The notes under the pieces were generated by a model. It was not told where the DNA came from. It did no database searches and saw only the letters and a program-made list of their open reading frames with translations. A stretch of DNA of 64,000 nt from Bugula neritina (Eukaryota > Animalia > Bryozoa): contig OZ037766.1 of assembly GCA_964035545.1 (NCBI GenBank), positions 15,304,722 to 15,368,721 on the forward strand, in the 5' to 3' direction. Shown here piece by piece: positions 24,801-39,750 of this stretch (position 1 is the first letter of the stretch; each line of letters starts with the position of its first letter). The translations under genes and the position numbers were made by a program.

Positions 24801-27800
24801 GCTTGGAGATGGTGGTTTGAGCCATAAAAATAAAGGAAGTTGGGGTGATAAATCATTACTTATAGTTTAGTTGGCAAATTAGTGACTTGATAAAGAGAAA
24901 GACTATTTCTTTCCCTAGATCTATCTAACTATTCTCTCACTCACTGTATTCCACCCACCTTTTAATTCCCCAGGTGTTCTCTTGTTGGCAAAAATATAAA
25001 TATGGCTGCGTATAAATCAAACGACGTAAATAATGCCCACGTCAAATTCGTTGCCATGCAAATGTTCTGAAAGGAATTTTAAACAGAAATCCAAATGTAC
25101 AATTCTACATAAATTATATAACAAATGAAATTTATGCTAAATATCCCATAGAATAAACTTTAATTGATAATTCACATGCATGTTCTTTATAAGATACATC
25201 AATAGTACATCTTTGAAAACTTGGTATGAAGGTGTGGACAGAGAAAAAGTAATATTTTCTGAATTTTATTTGGAGTTCATTTACCAAATTCAATCAACTT
25301 GGCTACTGCTTAATTTCTTTGAAACTGAAAATTTTTTAGACAAATTTTTCACAATTACTATTTATGAATAAAATGAAAACTCCAGCAAACTGGCGAAACT
25401 TTAATATATTTATTCTTGAATGGTAAGTAGAACAAAAACAATGCTTTTTATTTCATAATTTCCAGTCTCTCCCAGTCATACTCTGCATTGTGACACAACT
25501 GGCCTGATATGAATGTTATTTGCATCAACGACTAGTTTGTCCTACTTGACTCAGATTTACTTTCCACTTCCAACATGGCCGCATGTGCATCACTCTAAAG
25601 TGAATATGATTAATGTGAGTGTTACTGGAAGGTACACCCAGTCACAAGATATCTCAAGACTATCCAACTCTTACTAAATCTATGCACATATGTCTGTGAT
25701 GTTGCCAATCTCTTCTATGTTTGGCTTGCTCTCTGTTGTTCTTTTCCTGACCTCCTAGCCTGTCATTCTGATGGCAACAGCCCATAGGTTAAGTTCAAGT
25801 CTTTATTAAACTTGTTATCATCAGTAACTTGCTGCACTGTAGAATAATATTTTTATTGGTGATGTTAGCCAATTCATATTATTGGCCAATCGAATTGACT
25901 ATCTGCTGTCATATAATTTAGTTGAGAGACTTGGTGAAACCTCTTCCACTATTAACCTGAATAAGGTGAAAATATTTTCATGGAAACACTTCCGAGTTGT
26001 TGATCAACAAAACATTTATACTTTGTTATTTGCTAGTTCAACATATGTCAACAACTACCATTACGTATGTGCAAGATATTATCTACAAGACAAGAGAGAA
26101 ATAGCTTTTTTAACAGAATAATGTGGCGTAAAGCTTTTATGATTCCAAGCTCCTCTGCTTCTTATTTTCTTTTGCATTTCCAACATCTCGGAATATTTCA
26201 AAGATGAATTACGCTTTTCTATTTCTTCAGCTGTTTATATCACCATTAAACCTCTTGTGTAGACTGTAGACCTGCATCATTTATATTAACTTAAACTTGA
26301 TAGGACAGTTAGTAGGATGTTATATCTAAAATGGCCGGTTAATATTCTGCTGAATTGCAGGTTGTCGTACTGGACTGTCTGCTGCAATGGGCTGGAGTTT
26401 TGGATGAGTTGGAGTTTGCCAAGAGGTTGCATATGTGGTGCTCAAATGGATTCCCTGAAATTGGAGATAAACATGGCTTTCAAGTCTCAGACACTATTCA
26501 ACAGGTTATGATTGATCACCTGCTTAGAGTTTATAGAAACTGACACATCATCATTCATCACCCTATATCAGTATCATCTTGCTACACTTAGTTTTTGACC
26601 TGAATATGTTATAATATTTTTTATAACTGTCTATAATCCTCTTCATGCATGATCACCTATCTCAGTGCTGGTCCAATTTACCACTGCTGTGGACTTGTGA
26701 CCCAGTGTGTTATGGTACTCTTTGGTTTATGTTGTAAACAAGTCTAGTAATAGCTGGTAATGTTTGCTCACTCAACCAGTCAGTTAGAGGCCTGTGGGCT
26801 CATTGTCCATCAATCCCTACTACTCTGTTTGCACTGTTTAAAACTGTCATTTACGAAAAATTAATTTCAATTTTTGAATTATTTGCTACTGCAGAGGTTT
26901 TTGGCAAATGTTTTCACAAAAAAATGATGAAATATTAATTCATCCTAGGACTAACGTTGTCTAATCAGCTTTGGCTACCAGTTTGTTTTGATTGATGAGT
27001 TGAATTGCTGACAAACTTGTGCATATAAACTGATTGAATTAAAGTGACTTTATTAGCCTGCAACTACTGAATATGGGAATAATATTTAGGAGCAGCAGTG
27101 GAGAAATTGAGAATGTCTAAGTTCTTTAATTTCTTGTCAAGTTTTTCTCATGAGAACATAACTTCTTTTGCTACTTTTCTAATCTAGAATACAGGTTTCT
27201 CTCACTTTCTCCATTCCTGCACCTACCTCAATTTTCTTTGTTCTTGCTCTTTTAAATAGTGCTGGTTTTGAAAGGTTCGTGTGAATTCACCAATTTCACA
27301 ATCTTATATTTGGCTTCAGCCATCTTAGCATGCCTCTAATGTATGCATCTCATACTAAATATATCAAATTATTAATACTTATAGTTGTATAGCTGTGGTA
27401 AGAGAGGAAGGGATTTTTTTTTATTAAATCTATCCGTATAGGTATTTTGGTAAAGTTGGATGCAATATGTTGAATAAACCAGGAATGAAGATATTATTTG
27501 TGAAATTTAAACCTTGAAAATATGTTAGATCAGGCAGTTTAAGATGTCAAATCATATTGGGTTTCTCTGCAACAGGTGTTTTACTAGTCTGAAATGTATT
27601 TAGCAATTATTGCCATAGGCTGCTATTATACACTAAAGTCTGCAGGGTCTACAGTTACCCTATCGATACATATTATCTGTGTTGTATCTAATTATATTGT
27701 AAGATCTTGCACTATGTCACATACACATACATACATAATATGTGTAGCTTGGAGAAGCTTCACTACACCGTCTCACACTCTGCTCTTGTTGGCTCTCTTT

Positions 27801-30800
27801 CTAATCTGCCTGTAACTAAGTGAGGGTGGATAATATCAGAAACCAGTTGCATGTTGCAATGTCCATCCGTACATTCAGGTTTGCATGTTAGGGAGGCATG
27901 GTGGAACAATATGAGACATATAGCCTATAGCGTAATTAGAACTTTGTTGAAGAATTCATGCAGCTTTCTTGTGCGGTGACTAAACTTGGTAACTCTTCAG
28001 CTCTGCTTAGCTGTATTACATCATCAAATCTGTATAAATGGAAGTATCATGTAATTATGAATTGATTGGGTGGATTAAAAAATGTATACAAATTATGGCC
28101 TGATAGTGTCATAGTTACCAGATAACAAACTCTTGCTAACTTCTCATTTCCCTACATGTTGATGACAAATGATACTCCTGTGAATGCCTTCTAGAGTACA
28201 GCTGTACACCGTTTATCTTAAGTTATCAGTTGGTTTGATTAATGACTGTATAAAAATAGGAATGTAAGGGTAGCTGATGATGAAATTAATGATTTAGTTC
28301 TATTCACACTGCCACTGCAACAATATACTATTTCCATACCAACTCAATATTTTATGCAAATGAATGCAAATTTCAATTCAGTTGACTGAACTGTAGTCTC
28401 AGTGTTGGTAGCTCTTATCCATAACCTGACCCACAAAGCATACACTAGTGGTGGTTGAGCTTTTAGGTTCAGATGAAGCCCAACTAGTGCTATGTCTTAG
28501 ATAATAAGCAGTGCAGCTTAGAGCATATGTGTACCAACGCTTTTCTATTATTGACGTTGAATTCTGGCTCTACATAAGTTTCCGAGCGAAGGTCAAAGTA
28601 AATCAAAATGATTGCTTTTGGAAATATGTGCTGGTTCATTAATTTTAGCTTGCACTGCACTGGTTTTTGTTCTGTAAAATTCAGCTTTTTCTGCAAGAAA
28701 TAAACCCAATCATGGTATAAATAGGAAAGTAGCATTTGGTTCTACACATATATGAGTTAGGTGCAGTAATGAAGTAATGAGAATGGCCTGCGCTCTAGAT
28801 TAGAAATGTTGCAAAAAAACTTCAACCTGCACCCCAAATAAACCAAAATCTATTAAGGAAGCTCAGGCTATCAACATTTCTCTACTACTGCACCTACATG
28901 ATATATATCCAGGCTCAAAGTGGGCAGTACTTAGAACCAAAGAGCTAATTGATTGTTTTATTCATCAGGTTACTATGAAGAAATGTTGCTCGGTATAAAT
29001 TGTGCTGAATTTTAGCCATCAGTTCGTAATTCTTGGTTGAATGTCAGACTCTAAAGTCTAAAAGAACTGCTTTAATCGCTGGTTTAAGTGGGTAGACATC
29101 TTTCATGCTACACCAACTACAAAGGCGTTCAAAATGTTTTTTCAAAGTATCAATTATTTGCTAATTATTAATCAGTTGATTGAATTTATGTTTGCAATCA
29201 ATATTCTACATTGTATCAAGTTTTGTAAAAAAAAACTTATTTCGCTGTCATCTTTCAAAATTTGTCCCTTTTTGAGAAAAATAAGTTTTATTAACACTAA
29301 TTTCATGAGTTTAAGAGTCTGGACTGGATAAATTAAGTGGAATACTTCAAAGTGGCTTCAACAGAATTCAGATGTATCTTATAAAGGATGAATCCATATT
29401 TATAGTCATATTCTAAGTCACATCTTTCCATGAACACTGTAATAAAGGGATGGTTTGAGGCCTGGCCACACTATCGTGAGAATCACGCGATTTCTTGTGA
29501 TTCTCACTATCTAAAGCCCAGGCCTTTAGTTGGCACTTGTTACATTACTAAATACCTAATTTCCAAACACTTCAGCCAATCAGAGGTGTGCTGGTTGTAG
29601 AAAGCTTAGTTTTCTTTATCCAGTCTTCTGTATTTGCAAAACATACTTTTTGTACCACGTCCAACTTTCCTAAAGTTTGATGGTCAGAAAACAAACGTGG
29701 TTTAGTGTAGACTTAGGTTTATTAAAGTTTCAATGTCTCACAAACATTAAAAACGGATCTGAATGAGTTTCGACCTTGTATTAATGACATCCTAATAATT
29801 ATATGCAACTTCATCAAGTTTAATTTTTTAATTTTACTTGACTAGTTACTAATAAAGTTCATCCTAAACCTTCATACGCTAGCATTAACCTATTTTTGAA
29901 CCCATAATGGAAGTATTAAAGTTCAAATGTGTATTACCCAGCATGTGAATGTTACAAAAAATTATATTGTTGTTTTTTGTTGTATAGTTTTTTTATTTGT
30001 TTTCCTAGATTTTATAATATATTTTTTTGAGAAAGTGAGTGTAGCTCAGTGTGATCTAATATGGTGCTTGTGTTTCCCTGTGCCATCAACTTGCCAGCTA
30101 TAATAAACATGTGTCAGGTGGCTAAAATGGGCTATGACTTTCTTGTCAACCATTTTGGCAAATCATCTCAAATCAGAGCTTCCTTTTTTCATTTCCACTG
30201 CTTGAACAGCACTGAATAGCAGCTAATACAAGTATTTTGTTCAGACCTGCCAGTCTAAGTATCAAATCTGAATGCTGTAATTTTATAAATTTTGTTTTAT
30301 CAGAGTTTTTTGTTTTGTTTCTATTCATAAGTTTTTGCTCTACTTTCTCTTTTCTGGAAGCAACAGTTGCCTAAATCTTTTCTTGAGAGATTTTTAATCA
30401 ACAGGATACGATAACACTACGTATTCAGTAAAAATAATATATTTTTTGTGTATTTTGTAGGTCACAAGTGACCCAGATTTCACTGTTGACCCACATAGAG
30501 TGGCTGCAAGCAACCCTGTGACTCACTCTGATGACTCTGCCTTAGTTAGGGCAATAGTGATAGGTGCTCTTCCTACTCTACACCCATCAATGTCCCATCA
30601 AAACAGTATTTTTGTGACAAATCCTGTTGTACAAGCAGGATTTGTCAGGCCAACTGACAAATGTCTAGTGGTTCCTGGAAGAGAATGACAAGATGTCTGA
30701 TAAGCTGAATACAGTATTTGCTTGCTGGCTGTGGGGAAATAGTTTACTTATGATAGCTCAATATTATGTGTTGCTTAGTAAAAATTAGTTGATGTTTTCT

Positions 30801-33800
30801 ACTATCTTCTGTATGCTACAAGTTTATAGTTCTGTAGTCTCCAGTGTAGTAACTCCTAGTTATGTGCAGCAGATGGTATCAAGTCCAGCACTTGAACAAG
30901 GAAAGCTTGAGGGCCAAGGGTTGTGGTTATGCAAGCAACTTGGCTTCCTCCATTGAGGGAGGGTGTCAACAGTAACAGCCATCTTGCTGGTGGTTCATTA
31001 GCCATTCTCCTAGCAGTTGTTTGTGCCAAAATTAACCAGTCCAGTAGCCCAGGGCATTAAAGAAAGGAATAATATAAGTTTACATAACAAGCTTGCAAAC
31101 TGAACATATAATGAGTTATATCAAACAATATTGGGCAGCTAAGTGTAGTCTCTATACTTGATTTTCTGGCTATTTTTGAAGCACACTTGGCCATATTTGC
31201 AAAGTATCAATAGCTGTGGTTAAGCCATGCCTTTAGCCAATTTAATGAATGTGACACATTTATATCTAGGTCAACTCCTTATTTTTGTATGAGGAAAATT
31301 TTGTTATATAAATTGGTAAATTTGCAAAATTACATTTCTACTAATCAGTACAAGAGTTGTATATTTTTAGGGATTCCATTTTTCCATAACCTAGAAGAAG
31401 TGATGGACAACTCCACAAGAATCTGTAGAACTACTCATAGTGATGACATTTGTACTGCTGCATCTGCACTGTTGTCAGGTGTTGTCTCCCTCTTACTGCA
31501 GGTAAGAGGTCACATCCGAAGTATCAGTTAGTACATAGCCCCTGTAGATTACCATCAGACAGATAGTTCTCTAAAGTCCCTGTATTATCAGAGTAATAAC
31601 AGCCACTCAAAGTTACACCAGCTTCTGATCTTTATAAAAGATACTTTATTTATACAAGACCTAGTTGAAGGTTGCCCTCCAAGTAAACTTTCCATGTGGA
31701 AGTCCTCCAGATTTTGGCATCTTTGATTAACAGGATGTGATGTAGATATATTTTTGCCATAGTAGCTGAAGCTAGTATGCGATGCATTAATTTCTCCCTT
31801 GTTTACCAAATATACATCCCACAGTAAATTTCTGATCCTGTTGGAATGTTACCGATGAAATGGTTAGGGGTATAATACACTGTATGGGGACATAAGCACA
31901 AGCAAAGCACATCCTATGTTTCATTCGTATGCTATCATAGCCAATAGCCTTTAAATACCATCAAAATGTGAAAAGCTTCTCTGTAAATGTTGCTTATGTT
32001 TAGTGATGTCACAGGTAGCTGTTTGCACAGCAGGGTAACCAATATCACCCCATCACTTGGCTATATTACAGATTAAGGTTATTTGTTTGACCAAGGAAAT
32101 TGTCTGCACTAAGATGTGATGTGGTGATTGCAGAGTGCACAGGGTGAATAATAGCCCTTATGCTTATTTTAATGTATTCTGCCTGTTCAATCGTTTACTA
32201 AAAGTTGTTATGGTTATGGTTGGCAAGCTCTTGGGTTAAAAATTAAGGTTATTATTAAAAGATAGGATAGAGGTAGTTGAGGGGAGATTAGTGGTGATTT
32301 GCTGGGTTAATTGTGGTGTTGAAACTTGGCTCTCCTCTGACATCTCGTCACTCACTAGTTGAGCTGTTTCACTAGTCAGTTTCATTCCATGCTAACCATT
32401 CTGTCTTCTCTAAATTCTTGTTCACATTACTAGACATGTTTTCATTTATGTATAGCATGATGTCGGTGAAATACCTTGTAGTGTAGTGCTTAGTGACATA
32501 GTTCACTCATCTCATTCCAAAGCTTAGTTTAAGAAAAGTGAGTTGAAATGCATTAAATATCTTTTTTCTGTGTTCTCGGAATGTATTGAGATCAGTAAAC
32601 AAACTTGTGGATTTAGGGAAAGCTAGCAAGGTTCCATCTCTCTATGGATGTCACTCTGTGGTTGTATTGATTGATATGAACCTCTGGCACTCTACATCCT
32701 TTTTGCTGTTGTTTTAGTTGAAGCTAGTCCTTACATGTAACACTAGTATTTTTACATTATGTCATACTTTAATATTACATAGGATATGAATTGTTGTAGG
32801 CTAATGCATGATAACTATTTTCGAAAGTGTGACTATAAACTCAAGTTATTTCACTTTAGGAACACAAACCAAATTAAATGTTTCCTTGCTATAAATTAGA
32901 CCATACAATAAGCATAGTCAGCTTTACTGGGAGGAATATTAAACTTCTATCTATTATTGTTCTATCTATCAGTGCTCCATCTGTATAGTTGCTATCTATT
33001 AGTATTATATCTATCAAGATGCTATCTATTAGATTCTACCACACACAGCATCGCTGCCATTCTGCCCACCACTGCATGCCCACCACTGCATGCCCACCAC
33101 TTTTAGGCTAGCTGTAAACTGTGGCTCCAGCACAGGTATCAAGCTCCTACTTCCATGGTTTTTACTAATTCCACAGAATATAGTTCGAAAACATATTGGC
33201 CACCCTGAGTTTCAACCATTTAGTATTGACTATATTGAAAGTTGTTCATCAGGAAATATATGCATCTATTACTTGAGGACTGCTAGTATAGTTGAGGGCA
33301 TGCCCTTGCCTAAACTGTAGATTGACCTGTAAGTGGATCTATTACATAACATTGTTGACATCATCACTATCTAAGCTAGAATGGCTGGCTATTCCATTTA
33401 GTTGGGCTTTATTTTGCCATGTAAGAGAATATTTTCTACTAATTAGCTTTTGAAAATTATGTTGTTTTAAAGGGTGACTTTGATGCCAAGGATCCATCAT
33501 CACTTATTAAAACATCTTTTGCTGTGGCTCAGAAGTATTTACCCCATCAGAAAGATAAAGACTACTTTGAAAAGCAACTCAACCTGGAGTTATCAAAGTG
33601 GGTATATTGTATATTTGTGGTGAATATGTTTTTAATTTCTTTCAAGTGGATTTTGTGCTTTGCCATTATGCCTTGGAAGCATTATATGGTGGGGATTGAG
33701 GGCTTAAAATGGACTCAGAACTAAGATAATTTTTTTTCAGGCCAGGCATTTCCACCAAAAAAAGTCCTTAATTAGGCAAATTCTTTGCAGAATTGAGAAA

Positions 33801-36800
33801 ACTTGACTGTGGAGCCTATTGCCAACCTACCTACCTTACCCAATTATTTACTTTTCATGCTGTCTATCTCTGTTGCCACATCTACCAACTACCAACTTCT
33901 ACTAGCTGCTAGTGCTTGGTATTCAGTACATGTTGAGTTTGCAGCTGCATTCAAACTGTTTTGTGTTTAAAGGTGGAATGGCGGAATGTGCTCGGCACTC
34001 TTAGCATAGCATCATTGTTTGTGGGATGAGACTTCGTGGAAATCTCTAATATCCTAGGAGCTTTGAAGCACCTCAAAAACTCTTCATCTATGTTTTATGT
34101 GGCTCATAAATAGATTTATAAAATAAACAAGCTATAGCTGATTGCTGAACTCTTCTTGCAAGGCAACCCAATAGCCCTTCTGCTGCTGATTCGCCTTCTT
34201 CTACTTTTTCTCGCAGCTCTTTTAAGTAAAGCTACTTTTTATGGTTTTCATTGTGTCTCTGAAAGCATATGTGTTATCTGCTGTCAAAATGTATTTTGTT
34301 TTGACTTTGCTTGATTCAAATTATAATTTCACTTAGAAAACTGAAGACCTCAACTGCATGTTCCTTACTTTATTTAAAGTGTGCATTGCCAATGTGTTGC
34401 CTTTTAGGCTCTCAAAATCTCCGCAATGTCATGTGTCTGCACTCAGACAATTCTACCAGCATGTTCTCTTTTCAATCATCAATTGTTTGAAAAGGAGTAA
34501 AGAGTATCTAAACTTTTGGACTCAAAGCAGACTCTTTAGTATAACATACTGTTTATTAGAACAACTGATGAAATGTCAACTGCATATATAACTTTGCAGT
34601 AGCCTACAAAGATCAAAGTTTCCTATCGGTGGGGGAAGAGTTCTCCCCCTTGATTAATATCCAATACACCTTGTTTCAACATTCTCTGTCCATGAATACA
34701 GGGTCTCAGTCCACTACTAGCAGTCAGTTTAGTTTCCTCCATTTTCTCCTCCTCACCTGTCAATTGCACCTACGCAGTCGCCCAAATAAAGCAAGTCATG
34801 GAATAATTTGCAAGTTTTTGGTGACTTCAACTAGCACATGTCATACCCTCCAGCATTAATATATTCTCTACTCCAAGTTTTGAAGAGAATAAATGCGTCA
34901 TTAGTTGACAGCACTCAACATTATGCAACACAGGATACCTCAATATTATTATGTCTACTAGAGGTTGTTGGCACTGGCAGAGCTTCTACTTACATGTTCT
35001 TAGCTGTAGGTGTAATGATTCAGCTTACCCTCCCTGTGGTCTGACATAATGATGACTTACATTGTAGGTGACATCATCTGCTCCCAGTGATGTCACTAAT
35101 GTTATGGCCACCTGCCCTCTTTACTTTTACAAGCCATTTCATGCTTTTCAACTAAGAATTTGTTTATCTGTAGTTGTTTTGCATTTGTGAACTTTTGCAC
35201 TGCGTTAAATAGTTTGGCTCTAATTTTCATTCCATTTTTAAGGGTTACTCAATATTCGTTAGTAAATAAATATATTCACTACTCACTTTAAGTTTTAACC
35301 TACTTTACACCATCTCTTCTGGTTATACAGAAGGCATACTGTAGCAGTAGGTACACTATAGCAGTATGTGTGGTATAAATCATGCAGTATTTTGCTGTTA
35401 AAGGAATCACTCAACCTTACATATATACAATGGTTATACATAGTATGATTTATTTTAAAGTTTCATCACCTAGTGGCTTACTAGCAGATTAGACTAATCG
35501 CTCATCTAGTCAAGTGTTACATCATTGTTTATCAAAATATGTTGTTATTGTAGAATTAATATAACTCACTTGCAGAATTATAGATTACCTTGTAGTATAA
35601 GTACTATTATAACACACATACTGTTACAGGGGACTTTTAGCTAAAAGAAATGATTGTATGAAATCGCTGATTACGGCCTTACAGACTCTACATTGGTTCA
35701 AAGACTTCAGGTAAAGCCTCTGTTTTACAATGCCAGTAAATGAGTTTATCTGTAAAAATGTATGTAATACAAAAATTTATGTAATACAAACAATATAGGT
35801 GATACAAACAATATAGGTAATGCAAAGAATGTAGGTAGTGCAAGCAATATAGGTAATACAAACAATGTAGGTGATACAAACAATATAATTGATACAAACA
35901 ATATAGGTGATACAAAATGGTAAAACCAACCCTTGAACATACAAACTATTAAAAACATTATTTCAATGAAGCTCTCATGTTTCCATGGCTCTTTAGAATA
36001 AATCTCCCATTTCGAAATAGGGGTATGAAACTGAAGATAATGTATGGGCACTGCAATAGCACTAGTGATTCACAGTGTCTGAACCTGGTTATTAGTTGAA
36101 CTCTTCTCTGTTGCTGGTTGTGGCTGAGGTTTGTGATTGAGTTGGTATATCCATGTTTTCAGTACATAACCCCCATCACTTAGACTACCTGTCTAGTTAC
36201 ACAGCTAACAATTACTGGTGTTGAAGTTATTCAGATACATGTTTACTAGTGCAGGTGGCTCATCTTATTCACTACTTCTGTCGTTTGATGCAAACTCTTT
36301 AAAAGAGTATGTTTTCACTTCATTTATTCTATATGCAAAATTCACTATGTAGCCCTACAGCAATGCCCATATAAGGAAACATTTTAGCAGACTGTTTTGA
36401 CAGGTCTTATCAGTGTATGTTTAACTCCTACTTTGTTTTTATTAGTGATTTCTAAAGAAATTGCTCTCAGCTGTGATACATATCTTGTTGCTAAATTTAA
36501 ACCTTCTAATATATTCCCTCACCAAGTCTGTCATCAGCTTTCTATCCTGTGCTGTATATATAATCCTCATCTTCAGGGTAGAATGTAAGCATTCAATATC
36601 CTATGGTACAACTACTAATACATGTAACTACACAGAACTTAACTTTTCTGTTATCTTTACCCTCACGTGTGTTTATTTTGGATATTCTCTCCTTGTTAGA
36701 TTAGTTCTGTTGGACTATACAGAACTAACCTTTATATTTTAATACATCTTCAGAGATAAGGCTAGTAGCAGTCAACTGGCTATCAACTTGCATACAGAAG

Positions 36801-39750
36801 AGTAGAGTTAATAATAAATTTAACCCAAATTGACAAGCTGTCTTCTATTTTGTTTGTCCTTTGCTCAAAACACTTGTAATGATTGACATGTTTTTAACTA
36901 GTTTGATTCTTTTTGGATTCCTTCTGGAGTCAAACAACTGTTTGCTTAAATTTAGACTTTTCTGTTGACCTTATTAATTTCTGGAAGAGGTTTCAACAGT
37001 TTTTGAAACCTGATAGGATATCTCCTGCATCAGCTTTCAGCTAGATTTGCAGTATGATCAGTTGCCCTGATTCCCAAATAAGATATCTAAATTTAATTTT
37101 CCTTGAACTGTATGTCTCTGGGAAGGGTGTAATTGCCTGTCCCCATTTAACTTAAGCATTATCTCATGAATAAATAAACTACACATTATATACTAAGTAA
37201 GTGTTGCTAATTAAAGTTTTCACTTTAAAAGCATTAATACGGCAAAAAGTAAAACCTGATAATTTTCTAAAAGAATGCTCAGCCTACGCTAAGTTAGTTG
37301 TTTCTATATTTAGGCAAGAATGGTGGTGCTGTAGCGGGCAACTAGCATTATTATTTATTGAACGGGCTAAATCCATCCAATATAATACATTAATACATTC
37401 ATGAGCTATTTTTAAATTATATTATAGTTTCTATTGGAAAGCTATCTATTGTTGAGTAGAAGTTGTGCTAAGCAGGATATTTTGGCCATCAGTTTTTACT
37501 TTAGAAAGAACTTTTTTGCATCATTTTTATGAAGAAATAGTTAAATATGCTATATTTTAGGAGCTTATTATGCCAAAATCTGCCATGGTCATTTGTGGTT
37601 TTGGTGTTGATCACTTTTTGCTTTAAGTCTGTCACCAGCTTCCAAAATATGCACAGGATTTCCATCAGGGTTGAATGAAGAATAATGTTATTTTTGGCAT
37701 TTATCTGCTAGCTTTTAACCTACTAGCTAGTAAGACACCGAAACCAAATTATTTTAAGTTTACTTGTGGGTATATGGTGTAGTAAAAGCATGGAAATTTA
37801 TTAAAAGATAGCAATCTGCTAAATACTGGTGGTTCTTTTTTACACCCCTCTTGTTTATTTTTCCTGTTTCAATGTAGCCCATTAAAAGCATGAACTAATT
37901 CAATCTTTACAAGCCAACTTTGAGCAGTTTTTGCTTTTATCAAAGTTAAATGTTGTATAACATGAATTTAGGCTAGTATGTTTGTTACCCAAAATGCACT
38001 CGTTAGGTTGGAGTTGTGAAGGTGTTATTCGTAGGCTCAAATTACTGCATAGTTGCATTATGATAGCCAAGATGTCAACTATTCTGGCATTGCGCTGAAC
38101 TTGTATCATCTGTTATTTGGCATTTCATGTGGCCAACTTGATGAAGATGTTCAACCTTTATTCCCTCAGCAAGTCTAACTTTAAAGCTCCGTTTTTTAAC
38201 TCACGTGACAAACAAACGTGACATGCCCACATAAAAACCCTTACTCTCTTCCATATAGCTAAGTTACTGATCGGTTTTTATGTGTAAGCAGATTTTTATG
38301 GTGAGATATCTTGCTGTACGTAGTTGTTACTAAACCTTGCTAATTTACTAATATCTAACTTCGGAGTTATTCTTGAAAGCAAAATGTCCTCATCACTGTC
38401 TATACATAAACCACACATGCAGATGTAAAATGTCCAAGTACTAATTATAATCACATGGGTCTACCTCTAGCTACAGCCTCAATCCTTTGTTTCTGTATAT
38501 TATAATTTGGTTACTGGTTTTTCTCTCAAGGGTCAAGTTGAATGCTTGAGGTTAAAATTTGTATGGGGCTATGGCTAACCACATAACTGTTGGTTAGCCA
38601 TAGAAGTTGATCTGTCCTTCACCTTTCTCATATTAGTTGTTCAACTAGCTAATGATTCAATGACCTAAGGTCGGCTCACAAGCCTAAGTCAGGGAAAATT
38701 GGAAAGGCTTTTTGAAAGGAGTTGAGTTTCATTGCAATTCAAAGTTGAAACTGATGCCATCCAAAAAATGATGGCAATATATCAAGTGTTGTTGAGGTCG
38801 TTGACCTCAGTGCCAGAGGGCAAACTGTGTTATTTTTGTGTGTTGCAAATGCAATGAATATCCACAAAGTGTGATTATTTCCCATGCCAACAATTTGTCA
38901 CCATTTGAAAGACAGTGGGGAAATCGGCTATGTATATAAAGCAGAAATTTGATGCCAAAATGTTGATTTTTTGCTTCCATGTCAATACCCTGCTTCCTTT
39001 TTCTAGATTATACAACTTCATTTCGCTGGCCAGTCTTCACCAATAAGAGCTCATTGGTCAGCCTAGGTTTTAATAGCATTGGGTGTGCAACTATTGGCTA
39101 ACTACAAAATCCCTTAACTCCAGTTTCAAGTAAATTTTGTTAATTTTCTGCTTCTAGCTTAAAATGATAAAGCAGTTGTTTTTTCTTACCAACTGTTAGC
39201 ACAAAGTTTTTGACAGTTGCCTAAGTTACTAGAGTGAACTAGAATTCTAGAAACTCTGCTCATGGTGTCAGTCCGCTTATCTTTCAACTATTAATTACAT
39301 AGCTGTTTCATTTTCAATTTCTTTGATTTGTTTTGGGAGTAACTCAAAAAACTTAATAACAAAGTTGTTAATTTTCTACTTATGCATATATTAAAAAGCT
39401 GGTTCGTAAAAGAAGAAATAAAAATATGGCTGTCTTTTCAACTCAACCTACTATTCTTTTTTTTACAAATCCCCATAGTTATAAGCACCAGTGTTCTAGT
39501 GCTTATATTGGAAGGGGTTATATTATGCAGGGCCTGATTGGTACTTCTCTGTTGTAGATCTACTTTGCTGAAGATCGTCATGAAAGGAGGAGATTGCAAG
39601 GTGGCTGCTACTATTACAGGTGCTCTTCATGGTGCTTTAACTGGTTACAGCGCTCTTCCTAAGCCTTGGGTAACACAGTTACTTCCAAACCAGACCAAAT
39701 GGCTAAATGCTAAAGTAAATCATCTTCTAGATCTGATGGCAATTCCCTAG
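21859..39750 (+). CDS. Leucine-rich repeat + ADP-ribosylglycohydrolase (ARH/DraG/crystallin J1 fold) protein, about 591 aa, N-myristoylation motif, probable pseudoenzyme
   Basis: Phase-consistent exons: 21859-21954, 22318-22798, 23563-23808, 24408-24583, 26361-26504, 30461-30563, 31371-31501, 33473-33597, 35630-35710, 39558-39750 (TAG); probable UTR exon ending at the donor near 21626. Starts MGITES. Six LxxLxLxxNxL repeats. ARH motifs DRIVGLIYGAAIGDAL..ATE, FAKRLHMW..GFPEIGD, ICRTTH, IVMKGGD..ITGALHGALTGYSALPKPW. Confidence 0.88.
29458..29525. repeat. Small palindromic MITE remnant
   Basis: AGGCCTGG...CCAGGCCT ends with internal GTGAGAATCAC/GTGATTCTCAC stem. Confidence 0.55.
33950..35150 (-). 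mobile_element. Heavily decayed non-LTR retrotransposon 3' part, possibly HERO/R2-like with restriction-like endonuclease
   Basis: Reverse-strand remnants TLPPP, MLVELS and AVEV in the order expected for the zinc knuckle/REL region; many stops, so the family call is tentative. Confidence 0.35.
35760..35916. repeat. Intronic 18-bp minisatellite (about 8 copies, TAGGTGATACAAACAATA-like)
   Basis: Direct tandem units; source of the spurious LYCLYH ORFs. Confidence 0.85.

Noticed and set aside
35688-36051. LYCLYH / PILFVS repeat ORFs
   Set aside because: Products of the intronic 18-bp minisatellite.
36850-39000. Possible decayed DIRS-like or other RT remnants (FLDGI, LPSG on the minus strand); similar LINE-like traces at 25450-28900
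   Set aside because: Too degenerate to assign boundaries or family by eye.
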